DNA of 62,383 bases, filler included, from Phoronis australis (GCA_002633005.1; 9 parts of 9 records of this genome joined end to end with filler, not necessarily neighbours in it); one strand, 5' to 3'; positions 1 to 14,182 are shown, counted from the first letter of the whole stretch. Numbers and translations are program-made. Notes: generated by a model from the letters alone, not told the origin.

Positions 1-76
1 TCGTCGCTTTCTCTTGGATAGGCATTGGGGAAGTCGGGTGAGGTTATTGTTCCTGACTGGCTTCGTATGATCTTTT
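1..76 (-). CDS. Partial exon encoding the start of a CUB domain (runs off the window edge)
   Basis: Minus-strand acceptor ttatattcacAG (plus-strand ctg at 77-79). The phase-1 reading KIIRSQSGTITSPDFPNAYPRESD matches the CUB signature G-x-I-x-S-P-x-F/Y-P-x-x-Y-P. A possible upstream donor CAG|GTGAGT lies near 950. Confidence 0.65.
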
Positions 77-3000
77 CTGTGAATATAACATAATTTATTA
101 TATCGGAGTAATTATTTTCATACAATTTCGACTATTTTAATATGAGGACAGTGACCAGGCGCCTTATTCATTGACTTCATCAATTCATTTCTAGTGTCTA
201 CTCTCCGAACAGTGGTTTGTTAACAAAATTTCGATGTCTTGAATTCAGGATTTATATGTTCACAAGATGTCGCTGTAATTCAATCAGCCCTTTAAGACGC
301 ATGACACTAGTAATTCTGTTGAAAACAGATTTTGACTTAAGCCATTTACAGGGTCAAGAAATGTCTCAAATTATTTGTGAGTCAAAATACGTGAGATTTC
401 TTGACTTGGAAAGACGAGACAGCCAATAACGAGCCCAAAGATAACCTCCCAACTTATGGTGAGGAACAGTCACGTGATAATCCTTAGAGCGGCACATGTA
501 AGTGACCTAAATCAAAACTTGATTTTTTGACAGAAAGTACCGGAACTACTTTTTCATTGTCGTAATTGGTGATATTTCCAGGGAATCGGTTAGGAAAAGC
601 AAGTCACCGAAAATAAACAAACTCTATACATTACCAATTGTTCCAGTAGTGTCGACAATGAATGAAGAAAAAAACAGCAAAGCCAGACATTCCACTTTCC
701 CCATGATAATGCTGCGGGCTAATGTTGGGTACAAAACTTGACAAGCCAATTATACACCTCCTCCTGGACTTATCAGTCTTGTCTTTGTTTTCGTAAGGTT
801 AGAAACGTCCCACTGGTCACTGGCACGCATTGTTTACTAAAGTATGTACCGTATGGCCTGATTCACTCTTATCGTTATCTTTGCTTCATCTCTGGTGTGG
901 CTTTGATTTACATTATCGCAAAATTAGTGGTGTGATCGACTAACTCACCTGATGACACCGACCGGATTCCATGGATGTCATTGTACAACGTAGCAGATAA
1001 CACCAAACATACGGTTGGCCAACGGGGGAACGCGCTTACAAAATTACGTTAACATTAAAGGTCATTACTAAAGCCGCCAATGAAATACTTAGCCTACTTT
1101 CTTCTCTAAATTAGTAACGTAAATAAGTGTGCGCATATGTGCATGCGTGAGTGCGTGCGCGCGTGCGTGCATGTATATACATACATTATTTCATTTATGA
1201 AGGGCTTTGCCTGAGGAAATCAGGTGATTACGTAAGCATTTGTGTAAACCAAATAACAAATCCATTGCACTTCTTATTTTCATCATATATCGTTAGTAAA
1301 ATGTAATTAGTAGCGTTTTTTATTCACCTGTGGATGAAACAATCTCAGGTTCAGATTCTCACAAAATACAACATCAATTTGCTCTTCAAATGAGCGCAGC
1401 TAAGTTTCTTTGTCAAAAGCTTGTCGTTTTGGCCTTATAATGTCGTAGTGTACATAATGAAACATAAATATGATGCACAAGCGCATAAAACAAGTAGAAC
1501 TCCTATTTGATAAAACAGATAGATAAGCAAACGTGAGACTTTTTATTTGTACTGGGAGCTGATCAGCACACTAGAATACTTAATAACTATAAAATTCATG
1601 ACACTTTCATAGAGACGTTTAACACATCTTCATGCCTTCATTATTCCCTCCTCCAAGACCTTAATAACTACAAAGATTTTAGTAGATCGTTGTTGTAGGA
1701 CTTCTCGTCCATTTCAAAATTCCCACGAGAGTTGATTGGTAACAAGAAGAAGGAAATAGTTGACTGGATAACTGTGTTCGACGATGGCCCCCGAAGGTAC
1801 ATGCATGGAGGTGAAAGTGTGGTACTATAAGATTTCCAAACAAAAGCAAAATACTGGGTAATCTTAACCGGTTCAAACTGTCATAGCGGAGAAAACCACA
1901 CCTAAAGCATGCCCGCACCCAGGGGCAAAAATATCCGCCTCAGATCTAAACAAAAAGTCCGACAAAACGAAACAAAGGTCCACTAAAAGGGCAGGAACAA
2001 CCAAAATCCGGCGAACACGCTATTCAGAGCTTTGAAAGTGCCTCGTTTTTTAGGCTGGCGCATATAAAGGAAAACTAAGTAGTTACGTAATATGTAATTA
2101 TTTAACATCGTAAATTGAAAATTACGAGCTTAACAACTATTGTACCCGCGTTGGCAATTAATTTAAACTGCTTACAATTAATTGCATTGCTGGTAATTAA
2201 TTTACCCCTTTCATGTTTTTAATAAATTAGAATTTATCCCCTGTCAACTTTCCCTTAATTTACGCGTGCAACTGTTCCCAAATTGGCCAACTATACTACA
2301 TTGTCCATTTACGTTTAAATTTATGGGGGCAGGTGCAAGTCCTCTCCGTGAACAGGTCACGACCTGTTGTTGTTCTCGTTTCTTAAGATAAGACAGAGTT
2401 CTTTTCAAAATTTCATGACATCGCTCCACTATAAGGACACATCGTGGTATAAAATTAATTACAGCTTATCTTTTTAAATGAGGACATGTAATTTGAACTT
2501 GTCTACACTTTACACGCGCATGTTAGTGAACGTCAATTGTAATTAAAAAATACACAACGTCGAACAACACTGGTCATCGAAGCAAATGGACATGCAGTTA
2601 ATCTATATGAACATGCAGTTAATCTGTGTGTAATTCAAATAGTACATTAGTAAAACCTTTCGTCAATTTACGTTAAGCACTACTTCGATAACGTGACTAT
2701 CTACCCTTTGAGACATCCCGTTTTACACTTTGCAGACGTTTTCATTGTTTTGATGTTAATTTCGAGGTCAAACTGGAAAGTTGACACTCGTGCTTTCTAC
2801 AGAAAGGAGAATGAGAGTCCAGCTTGACAGTTCCTTTTTGTACTGGATTGTTATCTCAGTTTAAGAAATTCTGAATTTGACATGATTGGAGTAGGCTATG
2901 CGCAACGGCACACAAAATGCTGTCCCTAATTTGGCTGCGGTTATTATAGACAATCTTTAAAAGTGTAAAACCGGTTTGAGCTACCTCAGCACGGACATTT

Positions 3001-4077
3001 GTTTGGAACAGGAAAAGACTCCCGCACCTTCAAAACAGCTAACCAGCTCGAAAAACACGAAACGTGGCCTCTTTAATACAGAAACCCCGGGGATCAGACG
3101 TCTACATTATTCTGCTGCTAAAGTTGTGGTGCGATCTTTTGCGTCCGCTTTCAGTGCCATGAAATATTGTGTAACATATTGGCCAGTTTCTTTTTTTCCC
3201 CAATTCTTCAATCAACTGTTCTTCTTCCACGAGGTTGCGTACATGTCATAAGAAATTAACCAACAACGGTACTTGAAAGTCGGAATATTTTTGTTTTTCA
3301 TTTTGAAAAACTATTTTGGAGAAACAACTGAATAATCTAATATTAACTAAATATTCACCGAGATAACAACTTACGTATTGAGAGTACAGAGTATGCTGAA
3401 ATTCTCCCACAGACAAGTTGTACAAGTGTAACCAATAAAAAATCAAATTACAAAGTAAATATAAGTTACTATTTATTATTGACAATTTTAACAAACAAAT
3501 GCAGAAAACAGCTGGGAAGTTTAGCACAAACCAATTGAGCTTGGATAACTAACGACTGAAATATAGGTAACAAAAAATGTTTATTTTAGTAAATGAAGCT
3601 TTTTTTCACTTCTACAACATGCACTGTTGATACTGGTCATCTTATCAATGGGCACATTGAGCAAGTATTTACACGTGGTGAGCTTGAACTCAGTTCGTGT
3701 AAGAATTACAAAGACGTCTATCTTGTCTGAATACTGTTATGGATCGAATTCATAACTTAGTGAAGAAAGTGTCCAAGCAACAACATGGGCAGCGCACCAT
3801 AGGGGGCTATAGCCCCCTCCCCCCCCCTTACTTCAGTGCTCCTAGCGGAGCACCACAGGGGTCCCTAGCTATCAATTATTTTCAGTGTTGTGTGGCCCAT
3901 GAACAACATTGGGAAATCTTCAGAACACAAAATGTACTAGGAACAAGGGACCAAACATGTCTCCTGAAACCAAATTCAGCAATGTATAATTGATGAGTTT
4001 AGCGGAATTATCTACAACCTTTGCACAATGTTAAAAAGAAAATGAAGAGTGGGGAGGACAGGGATCACCCAGCAGAA

Positions 4078-4177
4078 NNNNNNNNNNNNNNNNNNNNNNN
4101 NNNNNNNNNNNNNNNNNNNNNTTAATTAATTAANNNNNNNNNNNNNNNNNNNNNNNNNNNNNNNNNNNNNNNNNNNN
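4078..4177. other. Artificial contig spacer (44N + TTAATTAATTAA + 44N); identical spacers at 8488-8587, 13519-13618, 36181-36280, 48084-48183, 51942-52041, 55409-55508 and 59435-59534
   Basis: The same 100-bp structure occurs eight times. The central 12-mer is a palindrome with stop codons in all six frames. Confidence 0.97.
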
Positions 4178-4624
4178 TTTAGTCCTCTCGATTTTGGCCG
4201 GCAAAAGGTCCACACCGACTTCAAGGCTGGCTGCGTGCATGTTTCGTAAAAATTTCCGCGTTTTTCGCCATTGGTCATTCCAAGCCCTGAAAAGTGTAAG
4301 TTCAATATTTTGATTTTTAATATTTGCAATAGCTATGTAGACAGCTGTGTTCACATGACATACTTCTAAACGTGGACATCTTTTTATCTGCATAAACTGC
4401 ATGGGTGTTGTTTCGACTTAATATTAACTGTTTCTTTTGTAGAATCCACGTCTCAGTAGAGTCTATCTCTTCACCGATGATCCACTGGTATTGAGCCGTT
4501 CGACTAAAAGTACACTGTCTAAAAGGTATAACACAAACAAGACTTTCAACATTTTCTTTCCTAGTTGTTTTCCATGATTTTAGAATGTAGAGTAACTACA
4601 CTGTAAGTCAAAATTTATCATACA

Positions 4625-4858
4625 AAATACCATTTCCCATCATCACAGTTAAATATCATTTCCCATCATCACAGCTAAATACCATTTTCCCATCATCACA
4701 GCTAAGTACCATTTTCCCATCATCACAGCTAAATACCATTTTCCCATCATCACAGCTAAATACCATTTTCCCATCATCACAGCTAAATACCATTTTCCCA
4801 TCATCACAGCTAACTACCATTTTTCCATCATCACAGCTAAATACCATTTTCCCATCAT
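4625..4858. repeat. 27-bp minisatellite, about 8-9 copies (AAATACCATTTTCCCATCATCACAGCT)
   Basis: Near-identical head-to-tail units with no spacers. It produces the DGKMVFSCD repeat ORF on the minus strand. Confidence 0.95.
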
Positions 4859-5879
4859 AGGTAAAATGACTGATAATAACCATCAAGGCAGTAAAATTCT
4901 AATTACTAACTTTCCTTTTAATTGTCCCTCATTCTTGGTCATGAGGTAAATTACTCTGACAGTGAGTTCAGCTTTGGCCGAGCCGTCATGATGGAAAACT
5001 CCGGTTCATTTTGTCTTAATACTTTTTATATTAGCCTTTAGAATATGAATACTTTGTTAATTACAATTACGTTATTCGCATCGCTCGATACGTGGGGATA
5101 TTTTAGTATTTTAGTACTGACGCTCATCCTCTTAATTTTACTAGTTTTAATATTTTAAATTCAAACAATTACAACACTTTTTATTTGTGTTCAGACACAT
5201 TATGTAGGTGTAAATTACTGTTGTATCTGGGCGTCAGCTTCCGCTGTTGGATCTCTGGCAGGACCTTAATGATCTTTTAAGACTGATCCAACTACGGCTT
5301 TGCCCCCATGTGGCTGTGTTATTTTTTTATTTTTAAATTTTTGCCTCTGGTTTTGAAGTTTCTGGACAGGTTTTAATGAAATTCAACAAATAGGTTAACT
5401 ATCTATTAAGAAGTTGACTATGTCTTCCGATTTTTGTACAAGTTCAATGTGTTGTGCACCATCTAATGGCCATTTTTATGTGACTAATAAAAATCCTTAT
5501 AAGCTCGGCAAAGGTTCGTTCGTGTCTGTAAACTTTACCATCAAATTAGGTTTTCATTTTTGGAATAATTAAAAGTAAAACAATTTAATCGCTTCATCAG
5601 CTGTAAATTCTTGTTTTGCATTACAAAAAACAAATTTTTGATTTTGACCAAATTGGTTGTCAAAAACTATAGGCTTAAAAGGCACTTGAGTGTTCGTTAT
5701 TGCTTGAAACTAGGCTCTTCAATTTTCTTTCCTGACGTGTTATTCACTGAGTATGACCTTGAGCAATAATAAACGGGCAGTTCTGTGTAAAGCACTTCCC
5801 ATCAAAGTAAGAAACAATTTGAAAGCAATTGAATAGTGTTAAGTGGTTGAAATAAAAAGGTGTGGTTCATTGGCAGAAG

Positions 5880-6760
5880 GCGGGTTTACAATTGTTATAA
5901 GCAAATTTGTTCAACGTGGTCTCAATGACATTTGATTAGCAATGTTGTTCAAAGGCTGTGTGTTCATCACACATCAGGTTACTTTCTCAGCTGTTCAGTC
6001 ATCCTTGCATGCCATGTGAAATATGTACAACTACGCTACTTGTGTTTCAGACATATCGATCGACCAGGATTTCTCTTCAAGTGGTTTAATTCTTTGGCGA
6101 TCTCTGACCAGCTACAGGAACTTTTCAAATCCCCCTTTTCTGATTTGGAGGAACTGGTTTATTTCAGCATCCCGGTGTCATAGTTGCTATAAAGACTAGG
6201 TTGACTGTGGATCTGATTAAAGTTACGAAAGCTTTTGAACACTTAAACTTGTTGACTTTTTTTTTATATTGAATATAATTGTTTCTAAAAAATAAATGTT
6301 TTGTATTATTTCTTTAAGGTTGTAAATCATTCTTTGCTCAGCTATTCAAGATTCCATGTGCGTTAGTTAATCAGACACTTTCTGGCATTGGCTATTCAGA
6401 ATTCATAGGGGGTAATAAAATAATAATCTTCTCAGCCAGGAGCTGCTTTCACTGACCTTGCATGTCAATTTAAAAAGCCTACTGTATGTGAGCTACATCC
6501 ATGATTTAACATGTGCAAAACTCTAAGCCAATGTGTGGACTTTTAACCATGAAGAGGCCAAAACTGGGCTACCTGGAACAAAATACCTTACAATATTCAA
6601 ATGAAATTTCCAGAATATGGTTGATATGCTGCTCCAATATGCTTCAAAGACTGCCAGAACATAACTTCGCTTCTAAACCTCTCGTCTGCACCTTCTGATT
6701 TTGAACCTAATTTGATTGAATTACTTCACCAGAAAACAAGCATAATTGTACTAACAGTGA
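5880..6760 (+). mobile_element. Possible heavily decayed hAT (Charlie/Buster-like) transposase remnant
   Basis: Scattered broken peptides appear in the expected order: KFVQRGLND (~5900-5930), AAFTDL (~6440-6460), WNKIP...KFPE (~6575-6615) and SDFEPNLIELL..KQA (~6695-6745). Many stops and frameshifts; recognised by eye only. Confidence 0.25.
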
Positions 6761-7580
6761 TCAGTAAGAATACTAGTCTCACTTGAAGACAACAGGAGCT
6801 TCTGTGGATTTTAGCTATGCATCAGAGATTGAGGAAGCTAGAGTCAGCAAAAGACAGTGTTGTCTTCATGGGTAGTGTGTTAGTGAATTGTGATGCCAAC
6901 TTCTTACGTGTGTGGCCGTTGGGGAAGTGTCAATTTTATGAATGTCGCAGGCGGTAGTTTTGGTCTCTTCTGCTTTTCCTCAATTTCGAAGTGATACCGA
7001 ATTGGCTCGAAAAATACCGGGGTTTTCCGTAGAAACGTCCATGGGAGTTTATTCGGAAAATTATGGCAAATGATTGCCCATGGGCACTTATTTGGTGTTT
7101 CAACTTCTGGTGTCAAATACTGTCCAGATAGTGAGGCATTTATTCGGAAATTTGAAATTTCCTCTTAAAAGTCCACTAAAGGTCAAATTGACAAATTCAG
7201 TTTTGTGGACCATTATAAAAACGACATGGCATTGTTTTCCCGTTCAGCCACTTTACAAGACGTACATGTAGGGGGTTCTGAGCGTGTGACAACATCTAGC
7301 TTCTTTGTTAACTGCCAAGCACACTCTTTTGTCTGTTTTGACAACAAGCATGCCTTTTTATCTACCAGGCTTATTACAAACCACGTGTGAACTCAGTCAA
7401 ACTCAGAGTGAATTGGTGTATTCGGAAAGAATAGATTATCGTAACTTCGGTTGCAGTTGGGCGATTTTGGCGATTCAAAAACTAAACGCGGTCACCATTC
7501 GACGAAAATTTCAGAAATGCTATTGGTTTACGTTCAAATATGTTATAACTTACATGTAACTTTTATTTTTAACAGCACAT

Positions 7581-8335
7581 TCCAGTCAGGGTAGATACGA
7601 TCTTATTGGAGATTAGAGCAATTATCGAACAAAAGAGAGCTGGCCCTCCAACCCTAAATACCAGATTGGAGTTAATCAGTCATGTAAGATATTGGCTACA
7701 GGGTTAAACTTCCCAATTTGTTGTTGGGCTATAGAATCGAACAAGTTGGGAGCAACGGGAAAACGCCGTTTTTTATGGCAAAGTGCTGGCGAACTATGTA
7801 TTTTTAACACAAATTTTTAAAAACGCTTTAAGTAAAAAATGTCAAAGTCAGGGAACCTATGACTTTCCCTTTACACGACCCCACCCCCATTTTTCCGAAT
7901 TAACCCCCGGGCGTTTACTTGGTGTTATTAAAACGTCTTAAATGTTTCATTTTGCGAATACACTCCCATGGGATTATCTACGGAAAATCCCGGTATGATT
8001 ATTTCATTCCAAGTACGTTATATATTTCGGGATCACGTGGTAGCACGTGGCGTAACCAGAAATTTCGACAGTCATGCTTACTTCATTACAGCGTCCTGTC
8101 GTTCAGTAACTTTTCCAGACGTGAGGGGTACTGATCGAACGTGCGATAATATTTGGCTTAACTTCAATTTTTATCAGCCCACCCCAGTCAGGCTAGATAT
8201 GATCTGATCGGAGATTAGAGCAATTATCAAACAAAAGAGCGCAGGCCCTCCAACCATCGACGCCAGAATGGAGTTAATTGGCTACGGGGGGTAAACTTCC
8301 CAACTCGAACAAGTTGGGAGCAACGGAATGTCGCC
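7581..8335. repeat. Dispersed direct repeat pair (~7581-7770 and ~8184-8335)
   Basis: Both copies share CCAGTCAGG.TAGATA.GATCT.AT.GGAGATTAGAGCAATTATC.AACAAAAGAG...GAACAAGTTGGGAGCAACGG; the second copy has internal deletions. Confidence 0.85.
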
Positions 8336-8587
8336 GTCATGTGAAGTGTGACATCCCACTGGGTTTCAGTTTCGCCGGTAAACAGTCATTCCAGCGTTCG
8401 AAATACACTGGTCGAGGCCCTGACTTGTGGTCGGGCCACTAAACTTTCACATACAGTGTATACAGTGGCGGATCTAGGATATCACATNNNNNNNNNNNNN
8501 NNNNNNNNNNNNNNNNNNNNNNNNNNNNNNNTTAATTAATTAANNNNNNNNNNNNNNNNNNNNNNNNNNNNNNNNNNNNNNNNNNNN

Positions 8588-9136
8588 GTGAAAATTGGCA
8601 TGTATGTTCTTACTATGAAGAGGACGGTTGACGCTGAATTTCCCATGACTTTGATTACTGTGGTGCCTCGTAGTGGCAGTTTTTTTTGCGCCCATGGCTG
8701 TATCTCCCAAACCGTTTGCAGGATCTTTACTAAATTTAGCAAGTGTATTTGTGTGATGTTGACAACGAACGATGACGACTTTAGGATGATTCTGACTACC
8801 GGTATGCCTCTAGTGGCAAGTTAAGTATTTTACATTGACCTCTGTATTTTCATAGGTCTTCAGGTGTATACTTTGTGTTACTTCGTGACTATTCCTAGTA
8901 GAAATTTGTTTCTGGCTTTCTAATGCTGTTCTAATCTCGTATGTTGGTAAAGATTACTCACATTTTGCCCCTAGCCTATTGAGGAGACAATGACCATGCC
9001 TTTCCATTTTGCAAAGTACAACATACTACATATATGCCCTCTACTGGCCACTTTATGGTACCAATAAACAACCCTAGAAGGATACCGTATGCGGTGCAAT
9101 TGTGGGCGCATTTCAACGCTCTGCGTTGCTCTTGTT
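8588..9136 (+). mobile_element. 3' part of a HINE/DINE-like non-autonomous Helentron
   Basis: Internal repeats (GCCTCTAGTGGCA-like) and a terminal hairpin CAACGC-TCT-GCGTTG followed by CTCTTGTT, the usual HINE 3' end. Truncated on the left by a spacer. Confidence 0.45.
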
Positions 9137-12100
9137 GTATTATGAAATGAGGTGTACATTAGGCATGTATTAACATAACTAAGTTCAGTAAGGACATTTT
9201 GTGTTGATTAATAGGATCTTTTCACTAAGCGCGTTGTCTTTCAACTAAACAACTTAAAGTTTTCTGAAAACGGCGATCAATTCACTACGTGTGTTTTAGA
9301 AACTGTTTGAAAGGCAAGTAATTAGGAAAATTACCCATGCGCGTACCCAGGGGGAGGGGGCTTGAATGAGTCCCCCATTTGGCAGAGTGGACGAAAAGGT
9401 CCTGAGAGAAACCAAAAGTCAGAGAAAACGAGACAAAAGTCCACTAAAGAGGCAAGAATTCGGCAAAAGCTCTGAACGCTAAGCAAAACCCCCTCCTTTT
9501 TTTAAGGCGGTCAGATCGTGAAAGGTAAATTTGTTCTGTACGTGGAAATCTGCGAATTTACTGGAAAATCTGAAAATCTGGCATTCAAAGTACTCCAATG
9601 CAGTTTTGGTGGTACACAGGTCTGTAAAAGCTAGCCATTTTCAAAAATTATTAGCCAAATACTTTCTCATTTCCCAACCCTCGCAGTCGATAAAAATACT
9701 GTTACGTGGACCGAACTTTTTATTTTTCATGTTATGCACAGGCACGTGGAAATTTTGATGAGCAAGACATTATGTCCAAAAACGTTAACATAACTTGTGG
9801 CTTGCAACATAAAGCTAAATCGTGCAGAGTAGTGAATATAAAACTCATAAAGTAACAAATTGACATTTACTTTACCTTGTTTTCTTCCTTTCGCTGCCGA
9901 AATGCAAACACGTCCCAGTCTCTCAATAACTTTTTGCACTTGTGACATTTAGCGAGCTGAGTAGGTATGACATGCGACATATTTTGATATAAAAATAGAT
10001 AACAAACTCTTTCTTCCCGGCATCGTCTGCACCTTTTACTACTTGAAAAGAAAACCTGTCAGCGTCAAGTCTCAAACAATAGTTGACTCCACAAGTTATG
10101 TGCTGAAAATTGGTAAAGTTAGTAATGAATAGCGAATGTGCAAATCTCAATGCGCATGCCCCACACCAGTTCCTCTCTGTTGCATTCTGGGATAGTTTGT
10201 ATGCCTAGCAGCATTAATACTAGAAAAAATATGTTGCAAATTCTCAGTATCTTACAAAAATTATAATTTTTAAAATTTGTACAATCCAAGACATGTGCTT
10301 TTAATCTCCAATCTCCATACTCAGACTCAAATCATACTCAGACTCACACTTCATACTCACCCTTCATACTCACCGCACTTCATTGCAGCCAATTTTTAAA
10401 GACCGTCTTACTACAATTCCTGGCAACTGGGGAATGCTAATCCCATGTCGACGAGTCATTACAAGGATCAAAAGCAGCTGTGGTGAGGTGGGGATTGCCG
10501 TGATTGAAGTGCGTGTGCAATGGTTTGTGCTGTTTCCTACGGAAAGTTTATGAAAACAATTTGCTTCCCTGTCAGATTTCACATAATAGTTAAGTCATCG
10601 ATAATTCCTCAATCCCGAATGATATTCCAGATTTTGTTTGCCGATTTATGAGTAGACGTCTGGTCCAATTCACTGATGAACTCTGAATGCCTGTACTACA
10701 TGTAGTGTTTTTAACTCACGCCCCTAATGTCAGCTAACTTGATACATCCCGGTAAACTGCAAAGATACAGTATCGAAGTTTTGACATCAGCATAGGCCTA
10801 CACGGCAATGGGTTCTATGCAAGAGAGAACAGGGGTTGACTAGTAACCAAACAACTGCGGCCAAAATGTGGACTCGGAGTTTCGGGCTAGTGATGTGGAC
10901 AACCGGTTTACTAGAAAAGAACACCACCGCTGGCAATTAAGGTACAAACTTTTGAAATTCGACCTCCCGTCAAGAAAATGTGCAATTTGAACTCTCCCTT
11001 AAAAATGCTAGTTGCAGGCCTGTGATATGGTACCCGACTCCCGTACCGGGGTGACTGGCCCACCACTGCATTAATGAAAAAGATTTCAATGTGCCGTCAA
11101 TCGTTGGTGTGACTACCATGCCAATTTTAGGAGTAATGAGTCGAGTGTAGGCCGGGGAGAATGTCCCCTGACTAAATCAGACACTGAGATTTTGGCTGTT
11201 CCACTCCAGCTGACTGGCTTTCTTTGATAAGCTGTTTCAAATTTCTTGAGACATTTTCTGATGGGAGATAAGGAACTCAACAAGTAAAGCTTAATAACTG
11301 GCAAATGTATCAAGAAATTCTAGGAAAATATTGTATTGAACAGTTACAGTACACTCAGCATTCCACGTTATACTCCTGTAATTGTAGCGAGAGCTGACGA
11401 TAACATAGTTGCTAGGGTAGTCGTTGCAAATATAGGGAATCGGCGCGACTTTTCGTGGTTTTGCATTTCACATCATAGCTGAAGAGTTCCATCATAGCAA
11501 CTCGAGTACGATTCTCAGATTTGAGTACGCGTTTAGTCTACTCGAAATGTGACAATAAATATGCTTTTTCGAGTAGGCCTACGACTCCAGTGAGCACGAT
11601 TTTGAGTATTAAATCTCGAGTATGAGTATGAGCCTGACGGAGATTGCAGACCGGGCCCCAGAGCCACAGTCGACGGAGCTGGAGTGCGGCAACGTTGACT
11701 TTATTCATTTCCAAAACATTTCTATCATAAAATACAGTTGCATGCTTCCTGCACTAGTTATTGGTTTAATATTAATTTTTGGATAAGAATTCAAATAAAA
11801 TAACTTTATTGACCGCTTCTGTGCTAAACATTCGTTACAACAACACCTGAGCAACACTGTACACAATTGGTTGTCAAGCGATAGAGGCATACATTTCCCA
11901 TAATGCAGCTGAGGCGGCAAATTCAAGATGGCGGATTTGCACGTTCGCTATTAAGAAAGATTCATGTAATATGAAAATAATAAATTTAAACCTTGAGTTC
12001 ATATTGCATGTTTGAGACAGCTCAACTCAATTCAGTTTTATACTCCGGGTAATTTAATATGGTCGAATTGGCTCACACGACGTCGCGAGTGAAAAGTTAT

Positions 12101-12339
12101 TCGTTTTGACATTGTCACTTGCAGACAACAAGCGCAGGACCTATACGAGACTTAAAATGGAACATTTGCTTGCGAAATGACTGAGGTGACACACGAGTAG
12201 ATTTCCGAAATTGGTTTTTATTGTCAACTCGCTCAAGCATTCGCCAAGTTGGCAAATGGACTTAGCTCTAATATTGCCAGTGCCACTCAGAATTCTCCTA
12301 TCGCAAGCTGGCGAATAGCTAGCACAAGCCTAGAGTATA

Positions 12340-12975
12340 TTTTGTCAGTTTCGGTCAAGATTGGATCCTCTGACCAAAGCAACTTGTCAACAGACCAAAA
12401 CTATGGCCTGTGATAAAAGGTTGTATGCAAGATCATACTAGGTCGAGATTGTAACCTTGGACAAACGCATTCTGTAGCCACTAGAGCCTGGTCAGCTTGA
12501 AACTTTTTCATCTGACTACAGAGAAGAGTACTGGTATGTTTTGTCAAGACAGTCTGATATTCAACCTCTGTCAAAAGTGACCCAGTATTGTCAGATCACA
12601 TCGAAACTGTAACCTTCTGACAAAAGGGAGCCTTGTTTTGTCAGATGTGGTTGAGATTCATTGTATCCTCAGACAGAAATGGCTCCATATTGTCCCATCG
12701 AAATTGTACCCTCTGAAAAAGGTGACATTATTTTGTAGAATCAGGCAGACATTTATTCTAACCTCTGACAAAAATAATTCTGTAATGTAAGATNCAGGTT
12801 GAAACTGACATCTGACAAAAGAGACTCTATTTTGTCTGATGTCAGGTCAAGATTCATTGTGAACTCTGACAAAACAATTCAGTATCATCAGATAGGTTGA
12901 AACTGTAGCCTGTGACAGGTCGAGATTCATTATAACCTATTGCAAAAACAAGACTATATTATAAGATCAAGTCGA
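12340..12975 (+). repeat. Degenerate ~45-50 bp tandem repeat (TTTTGTCAGATCAGGTCGAGATT..GTAACCTCTGACAAAA)
   Basis: About 12-13 diverged units, each bounded by the inverted motif TTGTCAGA/TCTGACAA. Confidence 0.7.
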
Positions 12976-12977
12976 GA

Positions 12978-13518
12978 GTGCATGTAGTCTTGCAGAAAAA
13001 TGAACCTTTATTTCCAGCAGTGGTGGAATCTATAGTCTCGGTGAAAAGTGAGCCTCAGTTCACGTGCTTTCCTGACCACGATGCCTCTGTTCACCACTGT
13101 AGCGAGTGTGTTGGGAATGACTGTGCATCTGTATTGTCTGATAAGGAAATGTTGGACGTGTCTGCTGTATCTAGTTGTACACAGCCTGTTGAGTCTGACT
13201 TGAACAATTCCTTGCCAGCTGGCCATGACGAATCCACTCCAAGTGACCAAGAACAGCAGGATTTTGATGGTGTAAATTATGAAGATGCAGATACTGGGAT
13301 TTCTTACACGGTCTTTGATCACAAGTTGTTCATTTCCTTACCAAAGCTGTTAAAACTTGCTGGCATGGAAAAGCATGTTCATCACGAAGGATACATTCTG
13401 CTTAACAAAGTTCTGACTAGACTGAAGTTTTCCTGCATCAAGTCCTGTTACCTTTTCAAGGCTGGCTACATGAGAACTCATATCTGGATAATGCCTCTTC
13501 TGAAATTACTTAAGCATA
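12978..13518 (+). CDS. Unidentified open reading frame of at least 180 codons, cut by a spacer
   Basis: Stop-free for 180 codons in AT-rich DNA. Acidic Ser-rich N-half followed by a globular-looking segment (GISYTVFDHKLFISLPKLLKLAGMEKH). No family recognised. Confidence 0.4.
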
Positions 13519-13618
13519 NNNNNNNNNNNNNNNNNNNNNNNNNNNNNNNNNNNNNNNNNNNNTTAATTAATTAANNNNNNNNNNNNNNNNNNNNNNNNNN
13601 NNNNNNNNNNNNNNNNNN

Positions 13619-14182
13619 TGTCATGAATTCTCATGAAGTTAATTAAGTGCAAATTTCATCATTTCCTATGACGTACAACTATCCCAACAAAACAGTTTAT
13701 GTTATATAACAATTTCGGACATCTTGTGTTGTTGTTTACTATTTCACTGACCATTGCCCACTCATAGTGAAACCCTATATGCCAAACAGCTGTCCAGACT
13801 CCATTCATGTTTATGAGTTGGATGAAATCACCGGAACTCTCAATATTGTTGTTGTTTTGCACTCACAACCCACACATATTTCTCTTCACTATATATATTG
13901 TAGCCAGAGTTAATAAACTTTGTGTGTCAGTAGAAACTCAACGACTGTGTTAGTTTTTATGCTGCTCTCCATCGACTTGCTGTTGCTACCTTGTTAGCCA
14001 ACTATCTACCGTTCAGTCAACCAAGAACCGGGTGATCCCTCAACTATACTACCACGACCATCCCCACACTTGTGGAATCTGTGTCTCCACATTGCCGATA
14101 TTTCCATCATTGCATTTCATCATTTCCTATGACGTACAACTATCCCAACAAAACAGTTTATGTTATATAACAATTTCGGACA
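13619..14182 (+). mobile_element. Possible solo LTR or LTR fragment containing a 65-bp internal direct repeat
   Basis: Starts TGTCATG and ends ...GGACA. TATATA (~13890) is followed by AATAAA (~13912). CATCATTTCCTATGACG...TTTCGGACA occurs at ~13657-13721 and ~14118-14182. The left edge coincides with the contig start, so the TSD cannot be tested. Confidence 0.3.

Noticed and set aside
950-990. Hammerhead candidate starting CTGATGA
   Set aside because: No GAAA after a stem II; the sequence is better explained as a minus-strand exon end with donor CAG|GTGAGT.
2244-2429. VERCHEILKRTL as an integrase or Harbinger transposase motif
   Set aside because: Only one short motif, with no flanking catalytic residues or termini found.
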